From assembly GCA_964016885.1 (NCBI GenBank), contig OZ024745.1:59148001-59212000 (forward strand): a stretch of 64,000 nucleotides of DNA, read 5' to 3'. Every line of letters begins with the position of its first letter. Positions within the stretch are counted from its first letter, which is position 1. The translations under genes and the position numbers were made by a program. This DNA is from Eledone cirrhosa. Lineage: Eukaryota. Below, in pieces: positions 1 to 14,114 of this stretch. Below the pieces are notes generated by a model that saw nothing but the letters and a program-made list of their open reading frames with translations, ran no database searches and was not told where the DNA came from.

Positions 1-1592
1 TGTCATTCCCCTGTTCAAAAAGGGCAACCGCATGTCACCTGTCAACTATCGTCCAGTCAGTCTTACTAGCTGTATGGCCAAACTGATGGAATCCTGTGTC
101 AGAGAAACACTTTGGAACTTCTGGAGCTCTCACAGCCTCATCCGGCCCTCACAGTTTGGATTTATCCCTAACTCCAGCTGCTGTGATCAGCTTATCGAGT
201 TCCTTGAGGACATCACCCGGATCACTGACAGCGGCTCATGGGTGGATGTTGTTTACCTTGACTTTGCTAAGGCTTTTAATTCTGTGCCACACAAAAGACT
301 TATGGCAAAACTCTCTGCAATGGGTGTGAGGGATGATCTTTTCGACTGGCTGAAATCCTTCATTCTCAGCCGAAAGGAAGTAGTCACAGTTCTAGGACAG
401 CATTCTTCACCATATGAGATGTCATCTGGTGTACCACAGGGATCTGTTCTTGGTCCTCTTTTGTTTGTGGCATATATTAATGACATAGATGCCAACTTAC
501 AGAATGCCACGGTACTAAAATATGCAGATGACATCAAGCTGTACCTTGAAATCAAAAGGACTGATCCTGAAATTTACAACTCTTTCCTACAATCAGACCT
601 GGACACAATGCAGCAATGGATCACAGACTGGCAACTGAAGCTGGCTGTGGACAAGTGTACCACCATGCATTTTGGAAGGAAAAATCCAGCGTCCACATAC
701 TCCCTCCACAACACTGACATCAAAAAGTCCTCTTGTGAACGTGACCTGGGCATTACTGTCAGCAACGATTTGCGTTGGACAAAGCATGTCTCTAAGATTG
801 TCAAGAAGGCCGAGGGTGTCTTGGCATCACTCAGCAAGACCTTTGTTAGCCGCTCTCCAGCCATCTATTTAAAACTGTATACAGCTATGGTGCGACCACA
901 CTTGGAATTCGCATCATCAGTCTGGAACCCCTATCTTGCTCGGAACATTGACTTCCTGGAAACTGTTCAGAGACGTGCAACCAAGCGCATACCCTCCATC
1001 AGACACCTACCATACTCTGAACGCCTTGCTTCCCTGGGCATGGATTCATTGAAGCTCCGACGTCTGGCAGTGGACTTGGTGAATACCCACAAAGTTTTTA
1101 ACCATCTCGCCAACTGCAACCCTGAGCGCCTCTTTGATCTCCATGTATCTAACACACGTGGACATGCCTACAAGATAAGAAAACAGCACAGCTCCCATGA
1201 TTTTCGCAGACATTTTTTCACGCTCAGAGTTGCTGAAACATGGAACAAACTGCCTGCGTCAATTGTTAGCTGCCGAGACACTGCATCCTTTAAGACACTC
1301 ATGCTTCCCGAAATACGCCAAAACTACACCTGATGTGCCCCTTCCATACACATGCACACATGTGTGCACTGTTCATTTTACTGATGTTTGTGCATTGCCC
1401 TATGTACTGTACATGCACTTTTTTGATGGGTTGTGGTGCACCTGGGCACTGTGCACAATATTTCATTATTGTTATTGTTATTATATCATGACTCATACAC
1501 TGTTTATTTTCCTGACATTTGTACATTATTCTATGTACTATACATGCACCTTTGATGAGTTGTAGTGCACCTGAGCACTGTACACAATAATT

Positions 1593-1623
<31 letters not shown>
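1..1623 (+). mobile_element. CR1-clade LINE, 3' portion (RT and C-terminal domain, open ORF 32-1333, 3' UTR with (ATT)n tail); truncated by the window start
   Basis: ORF has NYRPVSLTS, QFGF, YLDFAKAF, GVPQGSVLGPLLF, YADD and the CR1-type C-terminal TRGH motif; tail hairpin AGTGC-ACCTGA-GCACT (1564-1579) is followed by (ATT)n to about 1623. Confidence 0.92.
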
Positions 1624-3390
1624 GAACAAATTCTTACAAAATTCAACACACATTATAAATACTTACATATGTGCGCATACATACATATGCATACACACAC
1701 ACATAGACACACAAACAAAGTATTTTAAGGACTATCGGCTTAGTGGATTTCATATGAATTAAGATCTAGCATCCTGTTGAACTAAACATAACTCTTTTAT
1801 GACTGTATTTCTAATGAAATACACTTTGTTTCAATTAATTAATGAAGAATTTTGAAGGATTTACTAAAATTATTAATTATTTCATTACTAAATTAGTAAC
1901 TTAACAGATGGTTCTTATGTAAAATTATATTGTAAAATTATAATTTAAATAGGAACCGTTTTAAATGGGTAGTTTCATTTCATAAAACCAGAACTTGTTG
2001 TGGTCGGGTTGGAATCAAAAAGGTTAAAACAGTTTTCTCATACAATTCATCCCTGTAAAATTTCATTTGTTAAATTGAACCTTCCCTGTTCCAACTTTTC
2101 CATCTACTTAATTGCCACTTCTGAATTATCCAAATATCATTAACCCTTGTTACCATATTTTTAATGAAAAACACTTCCCATGATTTTAAATTATGAAAAT
2201 AATCGAGAATTTGGAATGATTTAGTAATATAACTAACTTTTTCGACATCAAGTTGGTGTTTGAAACATAACTTAACAAAGATTCTTAAATAAAATTATGA
2301 TGGAAGGATTTGAAATAAAAACCTCTTTTGCCATAGACATCAAGCAAGATAAAAATTGCTTACCCTGCTTGACTAAAAGAAGGTGGCAGGCCAATCTTCA
2401 CAATGGACTCAGCTGATAGCCAGATCTTTTCTACATATGACAACAGCTGTTTGACATAAACCCACAAGTGAGCAATGCTTGCACACATGCAGAATGGTTT
2501 TACTACCCTGGACACATCTTCAACAGGCCTGGCTAATGGTACTTCCATGCCTGTAGAGTTTATCTCAAACTGACAATGGCACCTGGTTATGCTGCTAGGC
2601 CAGGGATTTCTGGAAGTAATTCATGGACCATGGACTAAAAGTCCCCAGAAAATGAGTGGATTGTTGATTTTCATTGACACCCAAAGTCTCTCCAAAAGAT
2701 TGTCGCTTTTACCACTCACCAATCCTCTCTAGAACACCAAAATATTTCCACCAATTGTACTTCCCAACTGGCAGAAAACAGTGAATACTTGAAGACATCC
2801 AACTGCCAAACACTCCCTTGCTTTTACTTGACTCAGGGTTACAGCTTTGTATTGTAGAACCTTTGTATTGTATTTTCACGGTAAAGGCTTTACCTCACAT
2901 AATTATGTCAAATATGTTCCAGCCATGATGATCATGCCTTTTTTTACAGTGGTCATTTGTTCTGTTCGGCACCAGTGTAATATCCCAATATATATAGACA
3001 TAGATATCTTCCTAAACGACTGCTAATTCTTAATTACTTTGAAGATTAATTGAAACATATGACCAGTCTGAATTGTCTTTTATAAAAGGGAAATGTTTTT
3101 TAAATGAGAAGAGGAAGTTTAATAGGAATTCTTGAAAATGAAAGAAAATCAATTGTTCCATCAGTTGTAGCTATTTTAGGTCAAAACTACAAACACATTG
3201 GTGTTAGATCCCATCATCTAAATATTCTTCAGTAAAAGGAAACTCTTCAGTGTTAACAGGAAGGATGCATGAAAAAGGAAGATTCTGTCGTAAAAGGTCA
3301 TCTGTTTTTAGCTGGTTTTGGATAATTACTTATTGATAGTATTGCTCAAATCTCTCTAAAAGCTATCAGATACAATTGTATTCCATTTAA

Positions 3391-3612
3391 CCCTTTAGCA
3401 TTTACATTACTCTATATATATACTATTGTATTTTCATTGTAAAGGCTTTATCTCACATATTATGTCACATAATATCAAGTCTATGAGATTTTGATATTAT
3501 TTATTTTGAGAACAATACCTTAACATCAGTATGAGTGGCTAGTTATAGCCAGTTTGAACAGAAAGCAGTGAGAGAATTCTGGCCAGATACAGCCGGTTTA
3601 AATGCTAAAGGG
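3391..3612. mobile_element. piggyBac-type MITE
   Basis: 14-bp perfect TIR CCCTTTAGCATTTA / TAAATGCTAAAGGG flanked by TTAA on both sides (3387-3390, 3613-3616); partial related copies at about 2876-2920 and 8118-8285. Confidence 0.85.
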
Positions 3613-4499
3613 TTAAGTCCCTAATTTCACTGATCATCATCCATACACATCACATGTCCATATTAACACAGTCTTTTTTCTTGCACACTACATTTGCTTC
3701 CTCTTATACCCAGTATTTTTCTCTCAGCTCATCCATGCTTCATCATTCACACACATTAACATTACACATCCATCAAAGCATGCTTACTTCAACTCAGCTA
3801 TGAAGTGAAAATAGTATACATTCTTTCAAGTTGGGTAAGTTGATGACACATGTGTCATCAACTTACCCAACTTGTTAAACTTAATCTTTTCATGCTAATT
3901 ATTCAACACTATTCAATCAGCTTTCCTCAAATGACACTTTCAAACTGATAGTATCTCTCTACTATTGAAAGATAAGTTTAGATATAGTTCAATTTAGTTA
4001 TAGCAGTTCAAACAATATCAAAACTTATCTTTCTCAGCCTTCTGATTGTAGTAATTTTTAATTTATACTCAGAGACTCCTATTTTATTTAAAATCTTGGG
4101 TAGTGACCAAAAGAATACAATCACAAATACAATTGATCAAAATGGGGTTCCACTGAAGGATCTCTGAAGTTATGTTACTTGAGAGGGTACATAGCTTAGA
4201 GATCAGGGAGTTGCTCAAGGTAGGGTTACTACTTTTCCGCATCGAGATAACAACTCCAGTGCTATGGGCATGTTGTTAGAATAGCTAAGGAAAGTAATGA
4301 TGGATATACTTTATGCACAAAGCCGACTGGCAGAGATCCTAAAGCAGACCATGAGCAAACTGGTTGCATAACATTCATTACCTCAGTTGGTTTCACTTGG
4401 GGATCCAGCAATGGGCAGATATGGAAGTTTATTAAGGCTGGTGAAACATGGAAAAGAGATACCAGCTGGTCTGAAAACACTGTACCCACAACAACTGAC

Positions 4500-7445
4500 A
4501 ATAAAAAAACTGAAAAAACTCTGGGAAACTAAATCAGAACAATCTGCCATCCCCTGCACTTAATCATAGACTGGAATCAAGGTACAAATTGTCCTTGAAT
4601 GCACGTAGTCTATGCAATAAGATACATCTTTTTGACTCCTACGTCAAAAGTATCAACCCTGACTTCATTACAGTCATGGAAACATGGGCACATTCCTTAC
4701 TCTATGATGGGGTTTTCAGCATAACTGGTTACAACTTCTTTCGTAAAGACCGCATTAATCGTTGTGGTGGTGGTGGTGTAATGGTCTACGTTCGGTCAAA
4801 TTTTTCGGCAATTCCTTGTATTGATTTGAACCAATCGCAGCAAGAAGTATTTTTCTGCGATATACGTATGACCATGTCAATACTGCTACTTGGAGTTGTT
4901 TACCGTCCCCCAAATTACCATCAGGACACTCAACTTTGTGATATCGTTAGAGTTGCTGCCAGGAAAACAGTCACTTATGTTTTTATTGCAGGGGACTTCA
5001 ATCACCCTGAGATTGACTGGGAAACCTTTCGTTGGTCGCCAAGTGCAAATGACTTCCTTGAGCTAGTGCTGGACTCAAACTGGTCCCAAGAGGTCACAAC
5101 ACTTGACCTACTCTTCACCACTACTCCTGAAACGGTTGTTAGTGTTACTACTGAGGAACCTTTAGGTGACTCTGATCATGCTATGATCATTGCCAATCTA
5201 TCCCTCATGGGCAGTAACAAAAACCACAGCCATCTCTAAACTGCTCACTTTGACTGGAATAAAGCAGGCTGGAACTGTTATTGCACCAAGTTGCAATGTC
5301 AACACTGTACTCCAGAACATCCTGAGCTCAATATGAACAGCATGTGCAGCATCGGTGCCACATAAGAAGAAAAAACATCCCAAAAGTGCAATTTGGGAGA
5401 CTGCAGCAGTCCGTCTTGCCAGAAAAGAATGTTGTAATGCTGAACGTGAGTACAAACTACATAAATCAGATATTAATAGGAAGAAGCGAAATAAATCATC
5501 CAACCATCTCAAACAGCTGAAAAAAAAGGCAGTGCTTCAATTTGAGCAGCGCATAGCAACCAGCCCTGACAGTAAGGTGTTCTGGAAGTATGTTCACTCA
5601 AAGCAGAGGCCTCACTCTCCAGTTGGTCCTCTTCGCAATCCCCACACAAACCAGGTTACTGACGACCCCAAAGAACGCGCAGAACTCATTGTTGAATGTT
5701 ATGCAGGCATTTTCACTATTGAAGACCAGAGTGTACCGTCTCCACCACCTATGACATCAGATTCTATTACAACTATGGAATTTACACTTGCAATGCTGCG
5801 ACGTCACCTTAAAAATAAACACAACCATGCCTCCTTGTCTTGATGGTGTTACATACCTGCTTCTCAAACGTTATGGGTACTTCCTTCTGCACCAGCTATC
5901 ACGCTTCTTCCAATTCTGTCTGAGCAGCGGTGCTACTCCAGAACAGTGGAAAATTGCCAGTGGCATTCCTCTTTTCAAAAGGGGTGACCGCACATCACCT
6001 GTGAACTATCGTCCAGTCAGTCTTACTAGCTGCATTGTCAAACTGATGGAATCCTGTGTCAGAGAAACACTTTGGAACTTCTGGAACTCTCACAGTCTTA
6101 TCTGGCCCTCGCAATTTAGATTTATCCCTAACTCCAGCTGCTGTGATCAACTTATCGAGTTTCTTGAAGACATCACCCGTATCACTGATGGCAGCTCATG
6201 GTTGGATGTTGTTTACCTTGACTTTGCTAAAACTTTCAATTCTGTGCCACACAAAAGACTTATGGCAAAACTCTCTGCAATGGGTGTGAAGGATGATCTT
6301 TTTAACTTGTTGAAGTCCTTCATTCTCAGTCGAAGAGAGGTAGTCACGGTACTGGGACAGCATTCCTCACCATATGAGATGTCATCTGCTGTACCACAGG
6401 GATCTGTTCTTGGCCCCCTTTTGTTTGTGGCATATATTAATGACATAGATGCCAAGTTAAAGAATGCCACAGTACTGAAATATGCAGATATCAAGCTGTA
6501 CCTTGAGATAAAAAGGACAGATCCTGAACACTATAGATCTTGCCTGCAATCTGACCTGGACACAATGCAATAATGCATCACAGACTGGCAACTCAAGCTA
6601 GCTGTGGACAAGTGTACCACCATGCATTTTGGGAGTAAAAACCCACCGTCCACATACTCCCTCCACAACACTAATATCAAGAAGTTTTCTTGTGAACGTG
6701 ATCTGGGCATTACAGTCAGCAGTGATATGCGTCGGACGAAACACGTCTCTAAAATTGTCAAGAGGGCCAAGGGTGTCTTAGCATCACTCAGCAAGACCTT
6801 TGTCAACCGATCTCCAGCTATTTATTTAAAGCTGTACATGGCTATGGTGCGGCAACACTTAGAATTTGCATCACCAGTCTGGAACCCCTATCCTGCTCAG
6901 AACATTAACCGCCTGGAAACTGTTCAGAGACGTGCAACCAAGCGAATACCCTCCAACAGGCATCTACCATACTCTGAACACCTTGCTTCCCTGGGCATGG
7001 ATACATTGAAGCTACGACGTCTGGCAACTGACTTGATAAACACCCACAAAATTATTAACCATCTTACCAACAACAACCCTGAGTACCTTTTTGAATTCCA
7101 TGTGTCTAACAAACGTGGGCATGCTTACAAAATCAGAAAACAGCACAGCTCCCATGACATTCAGAAAGATTTTTTCATGTTCAGAGTTGCTGAAGCATGG
7201 AACAAACTACCTGCATCAGTTGTTAGCTGTCGAGACACTGCATCTTTTAAAACCTCCATGCTTCCTGAGATTCGCCAACACTACCCCTAATATTCCCCCT
7301 CCATACACACGCACACATGTATATCATGACTCATACACTATTCACTTTCCTGACATTTGTATATTATTCTATGTACTATACATGCACCTTTGACGAGTTG
7401 TAGTGCACCTGAGCACTGTACACAATAATTTCATTATTATAATAT
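4500..7445 (+). mobile_element. Degenerate CR1-clade LINE (APE endonuclease and RT with frameshifts/stops), same family as 1-1623
   Basis: 4589-5239 has APE motifs (SLNARSL, ETW, GGGV, YRPP, GDFNHP, LDL, SDH); 5788-7290 is near-colinear with copy 1; same 3' hairpin and ATT tail. The 5' boundary is approximate. Confidence 0.92.
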
Positions 7446-7917
7446 CATTATCATTTGGTGACGGTCGCTTCTGATAAGACACTCTATAAAGCATGCCTGA
7501 GGACTCTGCCCCCACGACCTTCTCAAGAATAAGGAGCAAAAAACAGCATACACTGGCTATGTGTTTCAATTAATTTTGAAAATAGCCAAACTAAGTTTTT
7601 TAAAAATAAAATGTAGTTTGCTTGAATCATTGTATATAATGTGGAAAGTGATATAAGGCTAAACAATGCAAAATGGATGGTAAGATGAAGGTAACGAGAA
7701 GGTTAGTTACCTGGTAATCTTTTTTAAGCTTTATTTTTTTTTTGTAAGCTGATATTTAGAACATTACTTAAGAAGAATTTCTAAAATAAAATTATCATGG
7801 AAGGTTTTAATATAAGAAAAAACATTTTAAAATTAGCAATTTTGTATCATAAATCTGACAGTGGCTTCAGGTAGTTTGGTACCAAAAGGTTTAATATATT
7901 TTTCATTATGATTGCAG

Positions 7918-8070
7918 GCTATCTCGATATGAAAAGACTAATGAAATGCTTCTCAATTTCAACCTTCTGTCATCATCTCGCTACGAAGCAACGTGTAACA
8001 AGTTCAAGAACGACACATTACTCCTGTACGAGATGAAAAGAGATCTTGATACGGTCTTTAAAAGAATCAG
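7918..8070 (+). CDS. KXD1: KxDL motif-containing protein 1, internal coding exon (153 nt)
   Basis: ttgcag| acceptor and |gtaagt donor; translates [50 protein letters not shown](R), matching the KXD1 core as I recall it ([13 protein letters not shown]...EMKRDLDSIFRRIR), including the KRDL motif. Confidence 0.93.
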
Positions 8071-9278
8071 GTAAGTAAGGATTTTCATTTTTTGTTGTTG
8101 TTTTTTTATTAACTATTTCATGGTAAAGGCTTTACCTCACATAATTGTCTCACAATATTGAATCTACAAAATTTTGATGTTATTTATTTTGAGAACATCC
8201 GTATGAGTTGCCAGTTACAGCCAGTTTGAACAGAAAGGGATGAGAGAATTCTGGCTGGATATGGATGGTTTAAATGCTAAAGGAATAAATGTGGGCGTGG
8301 TGAATTGGCAAAGTTGACAGACTGTCAGTATGTTTTGCAGTATTCAGTTCAAATCTCAGTTCAAATCCCATCAAGGTTAACTTTGAATTTCATCCTTTCA
8401 ATGTGGGTAAAAGTACTGGTGTTGATTTTTCCTCTATATCTCTCTTTCTCTCTTCAAATCCTACTGTGATTAACTTTGCCATTCATGCTTGTGGGGCTAG
8501 GGTACCAGAAGTGCAGGGGAGGTCTTGCCAGAAGCGAGGAGGATAAAAAAAAGTACCAGTCCAGTACTAGGATTGTTTCTTCCTCTGTATCTTTTTCTCA
8601 CTTCCTTCTGACATTCTCTCACTTTCTTTCTCTCTTTGAATCACAAAATCAACTTTACCTTTCATCCTTTCAAGGTCAATGAAAGAAGTACCTGTCCAGT
8701 ACTAGAGTTGATTCTTCCTCTATATCTCTTTCTCTTTCTATCCCCTTCTCTGGAAGAAATCGACTGTGTCATCGACACATACATACATTTAGAACAATAT
8801 TTTCCTATGTACTCTTCATGTTACTGCAAACAAAGACTTTGCATACAATCTATAGTTTAGGCTCCTATATGAACAATATTTTGTTGTATCTCAGTTTTTA
8901 GAAAAGGTACACCACATCCCTGCATGTCAGAAGTGGTGACTAAAACAGTTGGCATCAGTATGGGCATCTGACTATAAAACAGTGGCTCCAAAAATCTCGT
9001 CCAACCCATGGAAAAGTGGACATAAAAACGATAATGATGATGATTTTATATGGTTTGAAGAGTAACATAACATAACAGAAATCTTTATTTCCTTGTCCAT
9101 AAAATATATACAACAATAACAAGCATTTTAAGGCTATTTCCCCACAAGGCCAGCAATTTGTGGGACAGTGAAAATTAATTATATCAGCCCAGTACTTTAC
9201 TGGTACTTTATTTCACCAACTCCAGAAGAATGAATGGCAAAATTCATGTTAGTAGGATTTGAATGCAGGACAAATAAT

Positions 9279-9411
9279 TGTTTCTACTTTAGGCACAAGG
9301 CCAGCAATTACCCAGTGCATTACTGGTACTTTATTTTATCGACCCCCGTAAGGATGAAAGGCAAAGTCAACCTCGGCGGGATTTGAACTCAGATCGTAAA
9401 GGGACGTAACT
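9279..9411 (-). mobile_element. 5'-truncated tRNA-derived SINE with target-site duplication
   Basis: B box GAGTTCAAATCC on the minus strand, central GACTTTGCCTTTCATCCTT...GATAAAATAAAGTACC; flanking duplication ATGCAGGACAAATAAT at 9263-9278 and 9412-9427. Confidence 0.85.
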
Positions 9412-11204
9412 ATGCAGGACAAATAATATTATTTTGTTGTTAACCTTATTTGAAAATATTGCCTCTGTTAACCAAAGATGTGTCCCCTTGTTATAGAGGT
9501 ATTTTCAGATTCATTTCTTTTCTCATTTTAATTATTTATTCAATTTTTTTTTTTTTCAAGATAGTTCTAAAATGATTTTATCATTGCAAACCAAACTTTG
9601 TATATTTTACATATGCCTGTCAATCTAATCTATGAGAGTTTGTTAATTTAATGAGCACTGCCCACCATGTGTTTTGAACAGCCTATGAATAAAAAATAAA
9701 TAAATGGACCAACAACACAAAAAAAAACCCTGTCATCATACTTGTATATTTCATACTTACATGTGTTTGAACCAGTTATGTCACTGATCATGGACGACAT
9801 CATCTAGCACACACTGCAATAGAAAACAAAACTAATTTTGTTGAACCGGGTGCATTTTATTGTTCTTCCAGCACAAAAGAAGTTGTTCCATGCAGGAGGA
9901 CTAAGGTGCCTCTTCTACCTTGTATCAGTTACAAACCAAACTTTATGCATTTCACATGGTGTGAATCAGTTGTAAGATTGTCGAAAACAAGATGAACCGT
10001 TCTTCAACAGTTCTCTCCCCTACTTCAAATTTCTTTTTTCAACATTACTTGCAATATTATTCACACAAGTCAATGATACTGAATTTTACTCATCTTTGAT
10101 CTTCTGCCTATAAGCATCATCCACGTGTAACTTAGCTTCCATGAACATCATCATCATCATTACCATCACCATTTAACATCTATTTTCCATGCTTGCACGA
10201 GTTAGATATGCTGTCATGTTCTAAAGCTCGACTGGTCAGGTCGGGGGACCATGTCTTGCTTCTATGCTCCATTTTTGGCCTAGTTTTCTATAGCTGGGTG
10301 GCTTTCCTAATACCAACCACTATACAGCATATTCTGGGAGCATTTTAATGTGACTCCAGCACTACAAATGACCTTGAAAACATCTTCCAACCCAGACTCT
10401 TTCCAGCAGCACAAAGACACAATCACTAACTATATCAAGAAAACATACCTGTTCTTTAACCTCTCTACACCTGAACAGCATTCTTACTGTGACCACCTCA
10501 CAACTGCAATCCTCTTATAATCCTTCTTCAACCACATTTCTCCTCACTGTAAGGTAGTAATGCTGGAAACAGAATTAATGTTCCCAGTACATGCTGTAAA
10601 GTGGTTGGTGTTAAGAAGGACACTCAACTGTAGGAACTATGCTTCCAGTACACACTGTAAAGTGGTTTGTGTCAGGTATATCCAGCCATAGAATCCAAGA
10701 TAAAATGTGCATATGAACACGATGTGGTCACCTGACTGGTTTGGCTTCAGCATCCAGTGACCTGTCTGACCTATGCAAGCATGGAAAATAGGCATTAAAT
10801 GGTGGTGGTGATGGTGATGATGACATCAACACACAGATGTTCAAGCTAAAGATCAACTTCATCAGTCATACTAGTAAAGCTTGCTAATTTCATGGGCACA
10901 GCCCCATCTCTTTTGGCTAGCCTATGAAAAAAACAAAAATAATGAATGACCCAGCAAGCAGAATAACATGAAATGTAAGAAAAATTTTATAGTGAAGATA
11001 CTACACGGAACAAAGCAAACATTCCCCAGTTCAAAACACAATTAAAGCAGCAGGTAACACAATGTACAATATGTAAATGAATTTCTCCTGCAGATGTTTT
11101 ATATGCAAAACATATAATCATAGCTTATTCTAATCTTAGTACCAAGTGAGTAAACATCACTGATGATGGATTAAAAAATCCTGAAACACTAGTGTCATCA
11201 TAGT

Positions 11205-13740
11205 CATCATCATCATCGTTTAACGTCCATCTTCCACGCTTGCATGGGTTTGGATGGGAGTTTTCCCACTTGAGGCAAGAGTGGTTGTCTCGCTCGCATA
11301 GGACTGTCTGGCGGGTTTTCTACGGCTGGATGCCCTTCCTAACACCAACCACGTTTACAGTGTGGACTGGGAGATTTTTACCGTGTTACCTACACGGCCA
11401 CATTACAGCGTGGACTGTGTGTTTTTTTTTGTCGTGACACCTACACGACCACATTTGTTTTGGACTGGATGTTGTGGTACCAACATAACTTTACATTGAA
11501 AGGGGTGGTGTGGATGGGGTGGGGGTAGTGGGACGGGGGTGTATTTTGTTAGAGGTGCCTACTGACTGTAGTAGGTTTCACTTTGTACTTAGGTAAGGCG
11601 GGTCTTCTGTATTACTGTGTAGCGCCAAAGATCTCGGTCCAGTGACATTGTCTTGGAGAGGTGTAAGTGTGTGAGGTCGGAATTTATCAAGTCGTCCCAG
11701 GTTTTTCTGGGTCTGCCTACTCCGTGGCTACCGTCTATTTTTATTGCCCTGCACTTTTTTATACAGCTGTCGTCTTTCATGAGCATCACGTGACCATACC
11801 AACATAATCTTCTCTCGAGTAAACAACATCTGATCCCTCTTATTTCTAATTTTTCCCTTAGTTCGTTTATTCTTTGCCGTTCACGTATATTACTATTAAA
11901 CATCCAGCAGAGCATGCAAGCTTCGTTCCTCTCCAGTCTGCGTATATCCTCTGCACACAATGCCCAGGTCTCACTGCCATGTAACATTGCTGTTCGTATG
12001 CAGGCATCATACAGCCTGCCTTTCATTTTTAGAGAGAACCCTTTAGCGGCTAATAGTGGTATAAGCTCTCTGAACTTTTTCCATCCAGTTCTAACTCTAG
12101 CTACTGTACTTTCAGAGTACCCTCCACCACTGCTGATTTTGTCACCCAAGTAACGGAAGGTGTCCACTATTTCTATAGAACCATCTGTGCAATGAAATGA
12201 GCTAGTATTCTGTGGGCACTTGCTGCTACTTATTGCACCGGCCACATATAAAATCTATGTTCTTAGTTAGCTTACCTGTGATCCCACTACATCTTTTATG
12301 CACCCATACTTTGCATATGGGACATAAAATGGAGTTTCTACCTACTCCTTTCCTACACACTGAGCATGGCCATTTCCCGGATGGGACCGGTGCCCTATTT
12401 TCCTTCCTACAAACTAGAACTTTAGTCTTAGACAGGTTAATTTTAAGGCCTTTTGATTCTAGGCCATGCATGCTTCCATGTTTGGAATTTCTTCTCTAGT
12501 TCGGCCATTGATTCAGCTATGAGCGTTAGATCATCTGCGTATAGGAGTTCCAATGGGCAGTTATAGCCTGAAGGGCAATAATAAATAGTAGGGGGCTAAG
12601 AACGGAGCCCTGATGAACACCAACTTTTACACTAAACTCTTCACTATATTCGTTGTTAATTCTAACCTTGCTGACTGTTTCTTTATACATGGCTTGTATA
12701 GCTCTCACAAGCCATTCATCAACACCTAGTTTTCTAAGAGCCCACCAGATAATGGAACGGGGGACTCTTCGAAGGCTTTCTCCAAGTCGACAAAAGCTAA
12801 GTATAGGGGTTTACTTTTAGCTAGGTACTTCTCCTGTAGTTGTCGTACAATGAAAAGAGCATCTGTGGTACTTTTACCTGACACAAACCCGAACTGCATT
12901 TTATCTAGATCAATTCTCTCTCTGATTAGTTGCGCTATTACTTTTTCTGTGACCTTCATGACCTGGTCGATTAATTTAATGCCTCTATAGTTACTCCTAT
13001 CTAGGGCATCTCCTTTACCCTTGTAGCAGTTAATGATGATGCTACTACGCCAGTCCTTCGGAACAACCCCATTCTGTATGACTTAGTTTACTATCCGGGT
13101 GACCATGGTGTGTCCCACCGTTCCAGAAGCTTTCAGCATTTCAGCAACTATTTCCGAAGGCCCAGCCGCCTTACCCGTCTTCATATCTTTGATTGCCTTA
13201 CTTATACTACCTTCGACTAACACTGCTGGTCCCTCTATTGGATCGATGTGGGGGAGACTGTCTTTCTCCCATTTATTCTCATTTAGTAGCCTTTCGTAGT
13301 GACACTTCCAAGCTACCTTCTTATCAGCGTCAGTGATGGCAAGTACACCATCATCATTAAGGACACACTTCTCCCCGACAATATCACGGTTTTCCTTGAC
13401 AATTGCCTAGTAATCCTGAACACCTCACGTTTTTGGTCCTCACGTTGTAGAACATGCTTGAACTTTCTTTCCTCTGCTTCCCTTCTTGCGAAGTACACTT
13501 GTCTCCTAGCTTCCCTCCTGGCCACTTGATAGTCTTCTCTACTTCCCCCATCCCACCATACTTTCCAAGCCTGCTTTTTGGCCTTAATTGACTCCTCCAC
13601 CTTACTGTTCCACCACCATGTTACTCTCCTCCTGCCTATAGGCCTGCTCCGGCCACAGACTTTGTCTGCCGCCATCAGCAGGTTTGCTTTCAGGAATTCC
13701 CACTGTTCCTCTATATTGTACGACTGTCTTAATCTTACTA
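11205..13740 (-). mobile_element. RTE-clade LINE, 5'-truncated and frameshifted, with a Cys/His finger after the RT core and a (GAT)n tail
   Basis: Minus-strand pieces include MQFGF, FVDLEKAF, GVHQGSVLSPLLF, GLKINLSKTK, FRYLG, GSETW, GRPRKTW; finger WPCSVCRKGVGRNSILCPICKVWVHKRC...FICGRC; 3' end ...GGACGTTAAACGATGATGATG. Confidence 0.92.
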
Positions 13741-13907
13741 ACAATATACACAACCACAACAGTCAACATGCATGATGTAACCTAAACACTAGAATACTTT
13801 ATTTACTAAAATATAACATTATGATGGAGTTCTGTCATTTCCAATAGAGAGTCTTCCACTGGATTTAATCAATATTTTTTTTAATTAGTATATTTATTTA
13901 TTTTCAG

Positions 13908-13954
13908 AAATCTGAAACAGAGATTAAATAAAATGTATCCAGAAGCTTTCTCAG
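13908..13954 (+). CDS. KXD1: KXD1 internal coding exon (47 nt)
   Basis: ttttcag| acceptor and |gtatga donor; phase fits the previous exon (AG+A = Arg); translates RNLKQRLNKMYPEAFS, matching the KXD1 ...PEAFS segment. Confidence 0.9.
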
Positions 13955-14114
13955 GTATGATTATTATTTTTATTATTATGTGCAACTTTCAAGCCAATGT
14001 GATCAGAAATGGAACTGACCCAAAGTGTCAATTCTGCAATGAGCATGTGGAGACTACCTGCTTTCAGGCTGTTATTATTACAATAATAATAATAATTATT
14101 ATTATTATTAAGTG

